DNA of 64,000 nucleotides from Eledone cirrhosa (GCA_964016885.1 OZ024740.1:203546001-203610000); one strand, 5' to 3'; positions 13,631-28,079 are shown, counted from the stretch's first letter. Notes: generated by a model not told the origin, from the sequence alone. Program-made: numbers and translations.

Positions 13631-14703
13631 CCAACTCTTTTACCTTATTTAGAAATTTTTTAGTTTGAGCTGATATGTGATATTTTAGGCACTTAATTTT
13701 GATGGTCGTACATCTGTGAGACCTTTCTTCTAATCATATTACTTCCTTTACTGACAACATAATAATAATAGGTTGCAATCGACAAATTATTTCCTATTGC
13801 CAATACTTCCTTCTTCAAATCAAAATCAACCATTAACTCTTAACAACCAGTAATGACTTAGCAGAAAATATTTAAAAAATAAGTTTGTTAATTCAAATGT
13901 TTATAGAACCTTTACTAGTGAACAGATCATTGTGAAAATTTGCAGTATCAGAATAAAGACTATAATTGTTAATTAGATGCAGCCATAGTGCTGTTGGATT
14001 CTTTTCAAGAATGTTTTGCTAATACGGTTTCATATGGTACAGGGTGTTAAGACATTTAACACAGAACTTTTGGAGCTGACATAAAAATCAGTTCCATGGT
14101 CAGAAAAAGGAGTTACCTCCTTGGCAGTTGACTAGTCAACTTTGGAAAATAATAATTTTAGATAGTCAGTCATAAAAAATAAACAAATTTTAGAAAAAAA
14201 TTACCAGAAGGAGTAGCATGAATTTCCTTAGTAATGTCAATAATATAGGTCCAGTTAGACTAACCACCACCAACAACAACAATCAATGGTAACAAAACAA
14301 CAGGCAAGACTATGGGATAGCTTGGCCTACAGCTAAATACCTGCCAAATCATATTTAACTGCATTTGGAAAGAAAAGGGCACATCAGATAATGTAGTCAT
14401 CCGTACCCCTAAATAGATGGGATGGTCAAAATACCTTTCATCATTAGATCAGGGTTGAGCTGGGGTTAAATAACAAGAAGTGCAGCTTCCTTCCCATTGG
14501 AAGGTAGAAGACTAAGGAAGCAAGGACGACCTGGGAAGAAGTGGTGAGAGCAGATCTCAAAACACTGAACCTCAGAGATGTGGCATAACACAGTAAGTGG
14601 AAGGAAGCTGTGCTTGAAAAGACTTGTCCAACCCATACATGCATAGAAAAACAAATGTAAAAGGATGATGGTAATGAACAGCACAAATCAAAGTAATGCT
14701 TAC

Positions 14704-14764
14704 TTTTGCTACTGCTTTCAAGTTTTGACTGCCAACAGGTAAGTAACTGTCTCGTTTAACCCAC
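14704..14764 (-). CDS. POLE: POLE exon 12 ([20 protein letters not shown])
   Basis: WVKRDSYLP motif; AG/GT. Confidence 0.96.
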
Positions 14765-14875
14765 CTGACAAAACAGAAACATTTCATGTCAATTTACAAC
14801 CATTATATAGAAACAATAAAAGATAGATTACATTCCAAGCAAAGAAATAGATGCAGGCATGGCTGTGAGGTTTAA

Positions 14876-16315
14876 CCCTTTAGCATTCACATTGAATTGT
14901 CAAATGTCATGTTCATCTATTCGCATTATTTTCACTTAATTATACTCAAGAGGGTTATCAATTTTATTTGTTTGTAATTACTTTAATTTTCTATGTGCAG
15001 ACTTGAAATTTTGTCAGTAGATGTTTAAATAACTATAATTTACAATTATATATTTTTACCCGATTTTTTTTGTTAAATTTGACTTTTATGGGCAGGTGAA
15101 ATTAATTAACAGGTGTAAAAGTAATAACTTTATGGATAAACACAAAAATTTAAACTTTATCTGCCTTATCTATTAGATTTGTTGCAAAAAAATCCAATAA
15201 TGATCTAGATGCTGATTTCCATCAATTCTAGCAGTTTTCTGAACAGGCGAATTAATTAAAAATGCAGGTGTAATCAGTACAAGGTTTTAGTCTTTCTCTA
15301 CATTCCAGGCAAATATTTACATTGAAAAAAATGTATAAAACCTTTTCACCAGTCAAAATAATATTGGCAATACACTCTGTAAATGTACGGTGTAAAATTA
15401 CGTAACAGAAAGTTCCCAATATATAAGTTTATACACACTTTTAAATTTTTCTGACATTTCAATTAATGGTCGTGTACAGTGGGTCGTAATTTGATTCATT
15501 TCTACCAGGGGCATTTGAAGTATCAACCAGGTGCAAATACTGGTTTAATTTGATGAATCTCGTTTTTGCCATAATACTAGATATATAAGGGTCACCAAAC
15601 CTTATATCATTACTCCAATAATTCCACAGTCATGGAAATTGTTTAATACCAAACATAATATTTATGGTAAAAAACGCTTTCATTTCGGCAGAATCTGTCG
15701 GACGCCATAACAGATTGGGTTTTCCGATATTAGAAATTTGTCGTTGTACATAGCGATTTGCCACAACTTCGAAGAAAGTTTGTGGTAAAAATAAAAAATA
15801 ATAATCCAGTGCTTTAGCATCGGGTGGTAATGTGTGTTGTGGTCCAATATTTTCAGTAAAATCCGAAACATGTATCGGTGTTGTTTCTTTCAACCACGTT
15901 GGTGTTTTTTCAATGGTGTCAGTCAAATCTTTTTCACTTTCAAAGTGACTATCAGATATATCAGAAATAAATATATCTGATTCGTTTGAAGATAAATCAC
16001 TGATATTATCTTCTGTTTCTTTTTGATCTCGAATGTCGTCGGACGTAAAACCTTCAAATTCGTTGTCGCTACTTTCGGAAGCCATGTTAACACTTTCAAC
16101 GTTAAAAACACCTGTTTTCGCAAGTTCTTTAACTATACTAAGAGTTAATTTTCGTGCGTAAGGGCTTTATCTCGCAGTAATCTCGAATTGATGAGATTTC
16201 GATGTTGTCAATGTTTATTTTTAGAAGGAGATCTCCGTGTGTTATTAAATGTCGGTTTTTGTCGGTTTGAATAAATGAAAGGGGACATAATTTTGTCGGT
16301 TTGAATGCTAAAGGG
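14876..16315 (-). mobile_element. Internally deleted piggyBac (PGBD4-like) transposon nested in a SINE
   Basis: TTAA TSDs, TIR CCCTTTAGCATTCA; minus-strand ORF 16085-15630 (acidic N-terminus, EMKAFF) continues past a stop into YWSND...MAKTRF...YLHLVD...DPLY; flanks rejoin into a SINE head. Confidence 0.9.
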
Positions 16316-17515
16316 TTAAGAAGTTCACTTTGTAACCACATGTTTCAGGTTCAATCCCACTGAGTGACACCTAAGACAGTTTGCTATGGGCTGGATGATG
16401 ACACAGTTAGACTAGACAGGTCAGAGGGACCACATCTTGCTTATACATACCATATTTTGGCATGGTTGCTACAGCTGGATACCCTTCCTAACACCAACCA
16501 CTTTACAGAGTGAATTGGGCATGTTTTATCATGGCAACAGCATTAGATAGGTTGTCAGGTCCTTGACAAAACAAAAGGGACCTCTCTATCCTAAGTTGTC
16601 TCAGTTTATTTGTCCACCACTTTACAGGACGTAGGGGATGGGTCATCGTAGTTCCAATACTAGGAAGGTTGTCCACTGCAGGCTAAAAGGGACCTTTCTA
16701 CTCCATGTGTTTTCCAATGTCTCATTACATTTACTTTAGTGTCACTATGAGAGAGGTCTGACCTGTTGGCCGCACCAAGCCTTACTCACAGTGGAGTGCT
16801 GGGTGGTACCGTTATGAGGGAGGTCAGGTTAGTTGGCCACGCCAAGCCTTACTCATAGTGGAGCTGTGTTACTGGGTGGTCCTATTATGAGCCAAGTCTT
16901 GCCAGATGACGTGCTGTACCGGAACTGCTACTGTATTTTGGGATCTGGGTGGTCCCATTATGAGGGAAGTCTGACCAGTTGGCCACGCCATGCATTGCGC
17001 ATTATGGGACTGTGTTTGGGTATATACAGACGATCTGCTTTGCCTATGTACAAAGCAAAACCTACTATACACCCCATCCCACTACCCCTACTCCACCCTC
17101 CCACTCCCACCAAACACCACCCTTTCTCTGTAAAGTTATGTTGGTACCACAACATCCAGTTCAAAATAAATGAGGTCGTGAAGGTGTCAAGACAAAAAAA
17201 AAAAAAACACACGGTCCACGCTGTAATGTGGCCGAGTAGGTAACACAGTAAAAACTTCCCAGTCCACACTGTAAATGTGGTTGGTGTTAGGAAGGGCATC
17301 CAGCCGTAGAAAACATGCCGGACAGTCCTATACGAGTGAGACACGTTCACCTGACCAATCTTGTCTCAACTGGGACAATTCCCGTCTAAACCCATGCTAG
17401 CATGGAAGATAGACGTTAAACGATGATGATGATAATGTGATGATACACACACACACTAAACTCAGAGAACAGATCGTTGATTTAAAAGTGACAACATAAA
17501 TGTCTATGTACTTAC

Positions 17516-17635
17516 CTATAGCAGTCCATATGTATAGCAGCTCTAGATTTATATTCTCCTTGATTGTCACGTTGGAATCCAATTTCTCGTGACATGTCAA
17601 TACCATAAACAGCAGCACGTGTTTCTACAAATGGC
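17516..17635 (-). CDS. POLE: POLE exon 11 ([20 protein letters not shown]...IHMDCY-R)
   Basis: Hand translation matches POLE; AG/GT. Confidence 0.96.
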
Positions 17636-17865
17636 CTGCAAAAGAACAAATTAACATAAATACACACTGAATACATAAAATTTCTACATTCATAAAATCT
17701 ACATGTGTGTGTGTGTATGTGTGCGCGTGCATGCGTCTATGTATATAAACAAACTCCATAGTCTTCACTGGGAGAACGAGTATATATATAAAATTGCATC
17801 TTCTTATATATACACAAATGCATTAAATATATTATTTACATTTGAATCGTTATTAGGGGCAAGTA

Positions 17866-18170
17866 ATGTGTGTCTGGGATTGCTGTATATGTGTATGTCT
17901 GTGTGTGTGTCCGAGCCTATGTGTCTGAGATTGCTGTATGTGTATGTGTCCAAGCCTGTGTCTGGGATTGCTGTATATGTGTATGTCTGTGTGTCCCCAA
18001 GCTTATGTGTCTGAGATTGCTGTATATGTGTATGTCTGTGTGTCCCCAAGTTTATGTGTCTGAGATTGCTGTATATGTGTATGTCTGTGTGTCCCCAAGT
18101 TTATGTGTCTGAGATTGCTGTATATGTGTATGTCTGTGTCCCCAAGACTATGTGTACATGTGTCTGAGAT
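17866..18170. repeat. Minisatellite of about 48 bp, about 6 copies
   Basis: GTGTCTGAGATTGCTGTATATGTGTATGTCTGTGTGTCCCCAAG.TTAT repeated. Confidence 0.9.
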
Positions 18171-18297
18171 TACTAAAATAAGTACTAGACTTGAAAAAAT
18201 AAGTACTGAGGTCGATATGATCGACTTAATCAAGGCAATGCCCCTGCATAGAGGCAGTCTAATGATTGAAACCAACAAAATAAAACAACTTATATAC

Positions 18298-18383
18298 CAA
18301 TCAAAAAAATCTCCATTGTAGGTGACAAAAATATGAGGTTTTGATTCCAAAACATGATCAAAGAATCTCTGGATAAGGCTCAG
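18298..18383 (-). CDS. POLE: POLE exon 10, Exo II ([29 protein letters not shown])
   Basis: TYNGDFFDW motif; AG/GT. Confidence 0.97.
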
Positions 18384-19202
18384 CTGAATTAAGAAAAGAA
18401 AAAACAATTAATAAAAATACAAAATATATGAAAACACAAAACTTTTGAACAAATCTATCTGAAACCTCACCTTGTTCTATGATATAAAGCTATTTATATT
18501 AAAGTGTTTACATTTATCTCAAAATCTTCCATCTTAATTTTATGTAAGAACCTTTGTTTAAATGTAATCCAAACAAGACATACACCGACGAAATTAGTTG
18601 TATTACTAAAACCCTCCAAATTCCTGATTATTTTCGAAATAAAAAAATTATTAGGCATGGTCTTTCATTAGAAATATGGTAATGAAAGGATTTAAGGTGT
18701 TTATCATCTTTTAAAAACCTTCCATCCTAATTTTATATAAGACCCTTTGTTTAAGTTATGTTACAAAATGGTTATTTTACTAAATCTTTTGAGATATTTT
18801 ATTTTCAAAATTATTTGAAAACAGTAGGCAGGGACATTTATTAGGAATATGGTAATGAAAAGGTTTGTAATTAAATTTATCTAAAAACCTTCCATTATAA
18901 TTTTATATAAGAACCTTTATCTTCCAAAAGCCAAGTAATATAAATGAGGAAGTTAGTTATTTTACAAAGTCGCTCAGACTGTTTTTGTCTTTTCTAAATT
19001 ATTTGAAAATCAATTATTTATAGAAATATAAAAATACACTGAAACGAAAACCAAACTAAATAGCAAGTGTGTTTTACTATATTTTTCTGGCAATATTAGG
19101 ACAACATGGCCCTCCCCAAATATAACATAGGCAACATGTATTTCATTAAAAATATGCGAACAAAAGGGTAAAAATAGTGTATTTAAAAATATAAAAATTT
19201 AC

Positions 19203-19313
19203 TTCATCTGGTTCATTAAATATGACAAATGGCCCCTCAAATTCAGGCCTAGGGGTGTATTCAAAGTCCTCAATATCTATCGAAACAATTTCTCGGTTTG
19301 TGATAAGATATCC
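19203..19313 (-). CDS. POLE: POLE exon 9 ([37 protein letters not shown])
   Basis: Hand translation matches POLE; AG/GT. Confidence 0.97.
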
Positions 19314-20101
19314 CTAGAAATGAAACCAAAAAACTGACAATTATTTCTCAACACAATTCATGAATTTACAAATGTTTTAACTACTTATATGCATACATTA
19401 TATAGTTACCAATCTTTCTTCTTTTTCTTCACCCACTTATTCCCGAGAGGGACGTGGGGGAAAAGTCCTCAAACACTCCTTCCAGCAGGTCCTGTCAGAA
19501 GAAATCATCTCCAACTCATCCAGCTGGATCCCAAAGTGAAATCAGCCAAGCTTATGGATGTTATCCAACCATTTTGCTCGGGTTCTTCTCCTGGATCTCC
19601 TGCCAATTGATTTTGCTTGTAAAATCTGTCCATTGATACCATTCTGACCAATATAATTTTCTTTGCAGCCATGACATTCTATACGATATAGCAAATTTTC
19701 TGTTTTGCAGTTCGTTTTTGCATTTATGTTAAAGGATTGTCCATTTTTTAAAATTTTATCTCAGAACCAGTTCTCAAATAGTTACAGATATTACTACTCA
19801 TGTCTCACCTACTATTTCTATGACTTTTACCTCACAAAGGCAAAATTTGCATCAAGAAATAATTTCAAACTATCCATTAAAAGACATTCTCGAAAATTAC
19901 AAAACAGCACTTCAGTTGCATCACATTAAAAATTAAAATATTTACTATAATACTGTAAATGTTCACAATGATCTGTTCACTATTAAAGATACTATAAACA
20001 TTTGAATTAACAAACCTATTTTTAGATATTTTCTGTTGAATCATTACAGGATATTAAGAGTTAAGCAATGGTATCAATAAAATAGAAGTTTGTGACATTA
20101 C

Positions 20102-20209
20102 CTGACCATCAATCATGTATGAGATCATCATTATTTGATCAGTTTGGGAATCAGGAAACTTCAGAGGCAGTTTGGTTGTTTCAATATCATAAGCAAGAAC
20201 AATAGGGTC
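20102..20209 (-). CDS. POLE: POLE exon 8, Exo I motif ([36 protein letters not shown])
   Basis: DIET catalytic exonuclease motif; 108 nt; AG/GT. Confidence 0.97.
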
Positions 20210-20771
20210 CTAAAATGACAATAAAACAAGGTCCTAAAAATGACTGGGTTTTTTTTTCTTTCATCCCAAGCAAAGCAATACACCCACTAAAATGCAAGGG
20301 GTTACCAATAAGGGGAAAAGATAAGACAGCAAGAACATACCTTTTGAATTTTTGCAAAGACTATACAAAAAATATAATCATCTACACAAATGAGAAAACT
20401 ATTTCCATCAAACTACACTTTACCACCATCTTAACCTTTTTGATGCCAACCTAGCCAAAACCATCCCCTGGTTCTATGAAACAAAACAACACATTTTAAA
20501 GGGTTCTTGTTTAAATTAATATCTTCCAACATCATTTCATATAAGGACCATATGATAAGTTACTATCTTAGTAATGAAATAATTAATAATTTTAGTAAAT
20601 CCTTCAAAGATTTTTAGTGATTAATTTAAATAGAATGTATTTAATTAGAAATACAATCATAAATGGGTTAAAAGTAGAACACATTAGATAATGTAACTCA
20701 GGGTGCAGTGATTATTGTAGTCATTTTGGGAAATGCTACAATTAACAATAATCAATCAATTAGAATCTTAC

Positions 20772-20904
20772 AGGTCGGTCAACAAGATCATCACGTAGTT
20801 TAATGTCCGGAGATGCTGACCCATGGCCTTGGACTGTATACCAATGACCAACAAAGATCTTCAGGTCAATTGAAACTCGCACATGATAAGGTACATCATG
20901 TTCT
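20772..20904 (-). CDS. POLE: POLE exon 7 ([22 protein letters not shown]...DDLVDRP)
   Basis: Hand translation matches POLE; AG/GT. Confidence 0.96.
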
Positions 20905-21309
20905 CTGAAAAAAAAATATATATATATATATAAATAATAATGATAATGGTTTCTGATTTAGGCACAAGGCCAACAATTTTTGGGGAGGGGAAAGTTGATT
21001 AAATTGACCCCAGTGCATTACTGGTGTTTTATTTATCAACCCCGTAAGGATGAATGGCAAAGTAAACCTCAGTGGGATTTGAACTCAGAATGTAAAGGGT
21101 TGTAACTATATGCCACACAGCATGTCTGACGACCTACCAATACTGCCATTCTACTACCCTTATAATAATACTAGCAGGAACCATAGAAATTCCATGGACG
21201 AAAAAAATTAAGAGGAGCTATTTAAGAGATGTTCGTCTAGCTGTATATTATCTCTTCTCTCCTGTTGTCTTAGTCTACTTGCTATAAAATCATGTCCAAT
21301 TGCAACATT

Positions 21310-21486
21310 ATCTCTGGTGCCAACTTCGAGATGCCCAGTTTCAACCAACACTGTCTCTGGTGCCAAACTTGGGATGCTCAGTTGCAACTCATTCTCTGGT
21401 GCCAACCTTGGAATGCCCAGTTACAACACTTTCTCTGGTGCCAACCTTGGAATTCCCAGTTACAACACTTTCTCTGGTGCCAACTT
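21310..21486. repeat. 39-bp minisatellite, about 4.5 copies
   Basis: TCTCTGGTGCCAACCTTGGAATGCCCAGTTACAACACTT repeated; explains the repetitive ORFs at 21292-21680. Confidence 0.92.
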
Positions 21487-22112
21487 CATCACTACATCCA
21501 CAAAACCATGTGAAACTACCCACAATGCAGTTCACTCCAAATCCCATGGTTCATTTTTTTTCTTTTACTATTTTGTCAGGTGATGTTATTAAACTAGTTG
21601 ACAGATTAAATCTACTACCCAAGGATTTGAACTCAGAACACAAAGAGCTAGAACAAATATTACAAGGTTTGATGCTTTAACAATTCTGCCAATCTCACAC
21701 ACTGAACTAAAAAAGTCTATCTTGAACCTGGTGGTTCATCAGGCCGCTGCTTATCCAGGTTTCTGTGGCGTAAAACAACTGAGAGTATAAGACTCCTTCC
21801 CGGACAGGATGCTAGTCCATCACAGGGTTAAACCTCCATCTATTGCTGGTACTAAATTTCAGCTGAGTATATTGGAGCAATGTGAAATGAAGTGTTTTGT
21901 TTAAGAACACAACACAACTCAGTCCAGGAATCGTACCCTTACCACTAGGCCACATGCCTCCACCACCCAGAACTGGTACTATATTTTATGAACCACAAAA
22001 GGCAAAGTTCACTCAGTGTCAGGTGCAGAGAATACCAGTTTATTCCCACTGCTCAGTATCTTAAGTAAGTGTCTCCCACCATAGCATACCACCCTCCCTA
22101 TATGAAAATACA

Positions 22113-22420
22113 ATATATTATATAATATGGAAAGTGATATAAGGCTAAATAATGTAAAATGGACGGTAAGATGAAGGTAATGAAAAAGTAAGTTACCTGG
22201 TAATCTTTTTTTTTTTTTTTTTCTTTTGTCCTAATATTTTGGGACTTAAAATTCCTTTCTTCTCTGAAGAAGGGAATTTTAAGTCCTGAAATATTAGGAC
22301 AAAGAAAAAAAACAAAACAAAGATTACCAGGTAACTTACTTTTTCGTTACCTTCATCTTACCATCCATTTTCCATTGTTTTAGCCTTATATCATCATCAT
22401 TACTTTCCACATTATATATT
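22113..22420. repeat. Long inverted repeat (arms of about 150 bp) in POLE intron 6, centred on a hammerhead core
   Basis: Arms 22113-22262 and 22266-22420 are near-perfect reverse complements; CTGAAGA-aggg..tcct-GAAA-tat-TA at 22264-22296. Confidence 0.88.
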
Positions 22421-22547
22421 ATAAACAATGCTTCAAGCAAACTACATTTTATTACAATATAAGATTTTTTTCATTGTATGTTAGATACAATAGTTAAAAA
22501 ACTTGTCTAAACAATGAATATATCAAATACATCAAAGAATATCTTAC

Positions 22548-22625
22548 CTGATGTCAATGATGTTGTCCATCTGTTCTGTGAGTTTCTTTGAAACATGTTT
22601 AGGAAGGCCATCAGCATTTTGATGA
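22548..22625 (-). CDS. POLE: POLE exon 6 (HQNADGLPKHVSKKLTEQMDNIIDI-R)
   Basis: SKK..Q.DNI.D.R matches POLE; phases fit both neighbours. Confidence 0.92.
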
Positions 22626-23047
22626 CTGTAATAAAACAATTATATAGATTAGTCTTCATCATAGCCATCTTACATGATAACATAACTCTAACTGGTCATT
22701 ACAGAATAAGTACTACTTAATTGGAGCTATTGTCTTCCACGAGAGGCCCAGGGACCATGTCTCAATTAAATTTGTTCTATTTAAGCATGGTCTCTACAAC
22801 TGTATGTCTTTCCTAATGCCAACCACTTTATTATGCACTGGTTGCATTTTATCATAGCACCCATCTAATACAATTAACACTTTTGTTACCATATTTCAAC
22901 TGAAAGACAATCTATAATTTTCAAACACAAATAAAGTGTCTGGTTCAAGAAAACAATGCACCATTGAAAATCAAACTTACAACATTACAATTGTGAGCTG
23001 AATACTCTAACCACTAAGTCATGAGTCTTCACATGTTAAACAAATTA

Positions 23048-23500
23048 CACTGGTCAACAAAATTTTGTTTTTTTTCTGCTGACCTAAGTTTGAGACCTGT
23101 TTTTGAGTAATTTGGGGCTGTTGAGTTTAAAAATGACAATACTTTTTTCTATCACATTGTGACGTGGCAGGACTGTTAAAAGCAATGGGTGCTCTATGAT
23201 CCTCATGAATGGAGACTCTTTATAGATAGATCAAAGAAGAGTAAAAAATGTGTATTACACCATAATGGAAACTTGTTAGGTGTAATTCCTATTGGTCACT
23301 ATGTGCACTTAAAAGAGAAGTATGAAAATATAAAAACTGTATTCGATTTACTCAAGTATGATGAACATAAATGGGAAATATGTGTGGATCTGAAAATGGT
23401 CCATGTTTTACTTGGCCAACAAGGAGGGTATATAAAATAACCGTGTTTCCTGTGTTTATGGGATAGCTGAGCAAAAGACTAACTTGATGTGTTATGAAAA
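23048..23500 (+). mobile_element. Chapaev3-like (CMC) DNA transposon fragment
   Basis: EWRLFID.SK.S.K.VL.HNGN...HLKE.YEN...IC.DLKM...LLGQQ.GY.K.PCFLC.WDS; CACTG terminus at 23048. Confidence 0.75.
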
Positions 23501-23599
23501 ATGGATCCATATTTGAAATCAGCACCACAAAATTAGCTAAAAGCAACAACAAAACCAGTGATATAATTAGATGGTAAAAGAATGTTGAAAAATAAATAC

Positions 23600-23751
23600 G
23601 TTAGCATTGAAGTATAGATATCTTCAGATTTCTTCTGATCTCTGTTCTTTCTCACAACTGGATTAATTTCTTTCTTCACCTTCATCAGATCGTCAACACT
23701 GAGGAATGATAATTTTAGGTAAGTTCTCTTGAGACCTACAAGATGGTTGTG
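23600..23751 (-). CDS. POLE: POLE exon 5 ([16 protein letters not shown]...YTSML)
   Basis: NHLVGLKR motif; AG/GT; phase 2 end. Confidence 0.93.
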
Positions 23752-25185
23752 CTGAAGATAACAATGAAAGAAAAATACCATTGTAGATTAAATACTGAGA
23801 AAAAGAAAAAAAAGAAATTTAACCCTTTCGTTACTATATTTCTAATGATTTTCAAATAATTTTAGAAATAATCAAGAATTTAGAGGGATTTAGTAATATA
23901 ACTAATTTTCTCATTATTAATCTCATGTTTGAAACATGACTAAACAAAAATTCTTCCATAAAATTAAAATGAGAGATTTTCAGATAAATATAAACACTTT
24001 GTACTGCAGAAACAGGGACGGTTTCATGTGGTTTGGTATCAAAAGAGTTAAACTGGGCTTTACAAGATAAATATTTGTAATCCCTAAAATATAATACAGA
24101 AGACCCATCTTACCACGAGGACAGGCTGAAGCATACATCTAGTGTAGCCTCCAACCCACAATGTAAAGTGGTCACGATGGTGACAGGACAAAAAGCACTC
24201 AACCCACACTGTATAGTGGTGGTGATGTCGACACAACAAAAAAGCACCCAGCCCACACTGTAAAGTGATCATGAAGGTGCCATAGCAAAAAGCACCCAGT
24301 ATCCACGGTAAAGTGGTTGTGTAAGTGTCACAACAAAAAGCACCCAATATTCATTGTAAATGTAGTTGGTATTAGGAAGGGCATCCAACTGTAGAAACCA
24401 AGCCAAAATCAGTTCTGTATGAGCACAACATGGTCACTGGACCTAGCATTTCTCACAACAGGATAACACATCTAACCCATGCTAGCATGGAAAAATGGAT
24501 ATTAAATGGTGATGATGAAGAGCTGTTACCATATTATATAACACAATCCAACTCTGTAATATAGTTGGTGATTGATTGAAGACAATGTAGAATACAGATG
24601 ATTCTTTAGTCTTGTTGACAGTACACTGGATAGAATGGACCTTTTAGTCATGTCAAAGAACTGACAACCTCTCTAGTACTGGTGCCATGATAAAATACAC
24701 CTAGAACACTTTGTAAAATGATTGGTATTAGAAAGGGTAACCAGCAGAGGAAACCAAGTCAAAACTGGAACATACAAGTGAGATGTGGTTCTCCAATCTG
24801 TCTAAAAGGGCAGTAACCCCAAATAAAGACTGGTAAAAAATGGTAACAGGCTAGAATGAGCTCCCCCGACCCTCCACACACACACACACACACGCACGCC
24901 ATCATTAAAAAACCCTAGAAACATGAGATGCAACACCCTTAAGGAACCAATTAAACTTATAGTAAATAAGAATCTATCCAGTGAATGGAAGTAAAACAAA
25001 CCGTTTAAGTCCAATGTATTTGCAGAAATTTGCTAAGGAAATCTCCATAATAAGAAAATACATTGGATCTTATGCACAGAAAGAAGTGTAAAGGATTCTA
25101 ATAAATTGCCATTGAAAATGCCAATGTTTTTTGTTAATTATATATGAGAGAGAGAGTCATTATAATTTTTATATATTTTACTTAC

Positions 25186-25323
25186 TAAATCAAGATCTTC
25201 TTTCTTCACTGTTTCAACAGAAGCTATTTTACCAGAAAATCTTTTACTAAGATATGAGGCCACCTCTCTTTCACAGTTTGGTTTTGTGGCAACATAGAAA
25301 TATGGTTGGAATATAAGGGTAGC
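25186..25323 (-). CDS. POLE: POLE exon 4 ([46 protein letters not shown])
   Basis: Hand translation matches POLE; 138 nt, AG/GT. Confidence 0.96.
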
Positions 25324-26614
25324 CTGAAAGTAATAATATATATATTAGAAAAGAGCACATCTCCCATTACTTTTGGAAACATTTTTTCACGCTTAGAATT
25401 GCTGAAGCATGGAACAAACTGCCTTCGTCAGTTGTTAGCTGCCGAGACACTGCATCCTTTAAAACCCTCATGCTTCCTGAAATTCGCCAAAACTACACCT
25501 GATGTACCCCTTCCATACACATGCACACATGTGTATATCATGACTCATGCACTGTTCATTTTCCTGACGTTTGTACATTACCCTATGTACTATACATACA
25601 CTTTTGATGAGTTGTAGTGCACTAATATATATATATATACACACACACACACATAGATATATACACACACACGTTGTAGTTGTGCCTAATATATTGGTTT
25701 ATATCATAAAAGACGGCAGTTACTTTCACAATTTTGATAACTCTTCTGACAGAAAATGCATGTTTAAAATCTCACTTAAACAACTGTATTAACATAAGAG
25801 AGTAATGAAAGATGACAACAAAAGGTAGATAGGACCCTTTGGCTCTGTCAAGGATTTGGCAACATCTTTAGAGTTGGTGCTACAATAAAATACATCCAGT
25901 GCACTCTGTAAAATGGCTCGCAACTGAACATTATCAATATATGGTAGAGAAGACTATTTCGATTTGTTGAGTAAATGCTGGTGCCATAATAAAACATACC
26001 AATTACATGCCATAAAGTGGTAGTGCTATGAAAAATTCACTCAGCACACTCTGCAAACTGGTAGTGCTGGTGCCAGTTTAAAATGCACTCAGTACACTCA
26101 GGATAGTAGTGCTTGTACTACGATAAAATACACCCAGTACACTCTGTAAAGTGATTGACATTAGGAAGGACATTCAGTTTTAGAATCTTCTTCGCCCACT
26201 TATTCCTGAGAAGGTTGTGGAGGCAGAGTCCTCAAACACTCCTTCCAGTGGGTCCTGTCCGAAGCAACCGTCTCCAACTGATCTGACTGGATCCCCAAGC
26301 GAGACCAGACAAGCTCATGGATGTTATCCAACTATCTTGCTCGTGGTCTACCCCTGGATCTCTTGCCAGTTGGTTTTGATTGTTTAGAATCCATGCTAAA
26401 AATGGAATGTATGAGCAGGCTGTGGTTCTCGGACCATGACAACTTGTTCAACCCATGCCAACATGGAAAGCAGGTGTAAAACAATGAGGGTGATAAAAAT
26501 AAAAAATTAACAGGGGTACATTATATGAATTTAAAAACTATTATTTATAGTGAATGACTATTATTATTATTATAATTTGCCTTGAGACAACCACATTTCA
26601 GATTTCAACCTTAC

Positions 26615-26695
26615 CTTGAATCTATTGCCATCTTCTTCCACAAAATAGTAATCAACAGCACTGACAAGTCGTTTGTCTTCATCCAACACATCAGC
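26615..26695 (-). CDS. POLE: POLE exon 3 ([27 protein letters not shown])
   Basis: Hand translation matches POLE; 81 nt, AG/GT. Confidence 0.96.
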
Positions 26696-28079
26696 CTGTA
26701 AGAAGACTGAGAGAATTAGTTCCAGTCAAGGTTTACATGAAAGATACCACATAACTTATATTAGACATATCTAGATAAGGAATAACTGTATTTCAACAAT
26801 ACCATCATTTTTAGGTCCTTCAAAAATAATAAATGATTGATGGTGATTTTCAGCATTCTACATAGTGCACCAGGTGTATTTTATCATGGTGGTGCCATGC
26901 ACCCAATGCAATCTGTAGAGTGCAGGAACGTATGTCAGCAAGATGCAGGCCCCAAATCATTTGAGAGGACTGTAGCTTCGACTAAGTATTAACTTGGTCT
27001 TTGACGGCCCATCTAACCCTTGTTACAGGGAATACGGACATTAAATGCTGATGAGGATGATAATACTGTTGGAAAATATTATTATGTTATGAATAGAGAA
27101 AAGTGACATAAAAACAAAGCAACATTTAAAGTAATATTCAAGAAGCCATGCCATGGGCCCTTAACTCCTGATGGAGTTACGGGTGACATCTAAACCTGGT
27201 GGAGTCCATCTCTCTCCAGGTCTGAACACAGCCGATTTCTTCCAAAGAGAGCAAGAGAGAGAAAATGAGAAAGAGATATAGAAGAATCAACCCCATTATA
27301 GGACTGGTAATTTATTGACCATGAAGAATGAAAGACAAAGTTGACCTCTGCAACATTTGAACTTGAAGTGTAGAAGACAAGAACAAATACTGCAAAGCAT
27401 TCTATCCAACATTCTAACGACTGCCATTTCACTGTATTTAAACCGGCTGTATCTGGCCAGAATTCTCTTACCTCTTTCTGTTTAAACCGGCCATAACCAG
27501 CCACTTATACCAATGTTAAGGTATTGCTCTCAAAATAAATAATAACATCATCAAAATCTCGTAGATTTGATATTATGTGAGATAAAGCCTTTACCATAAA
27601 AATACAATAGTAAAGTAAATGCTAAACATTCAAGATAAGCCAAAATACACAATGAGGTGGGACATTGGCAGAGTTGTTAGAATAATTCATTACAGGGTTT
27701 AATATCCAGCTGCTGCCTGTAAATTTGTTTTTCAGTTGAGCAACTGGAGTAATGTTAAATGAAGCATCTTGCTCAACAACACAATTCACTGTCCAGTCAA
27801 GGGATTGAACCCATGACCTTACAAATGAGATTTAATCTGACACCAATCCTCAAACAATTCAAATTCTAAAACTAAAATAAACAAACATTGACTTCTCTAT
27901 TCTGTCTGCCAGGGCCACAGGGTTGCCAGCACATGGGCAACCATTAGCTTATAATAGAGAGATGTGAGAGAGAGAGATGGAGGCAGTGAATGAAAGAGAG
28001 AGAATATCAACACACCCACACACACACAAGATGATAGATGTTATTTTGAGGAACAAACAAAATACTCCAAGGTACTTAC

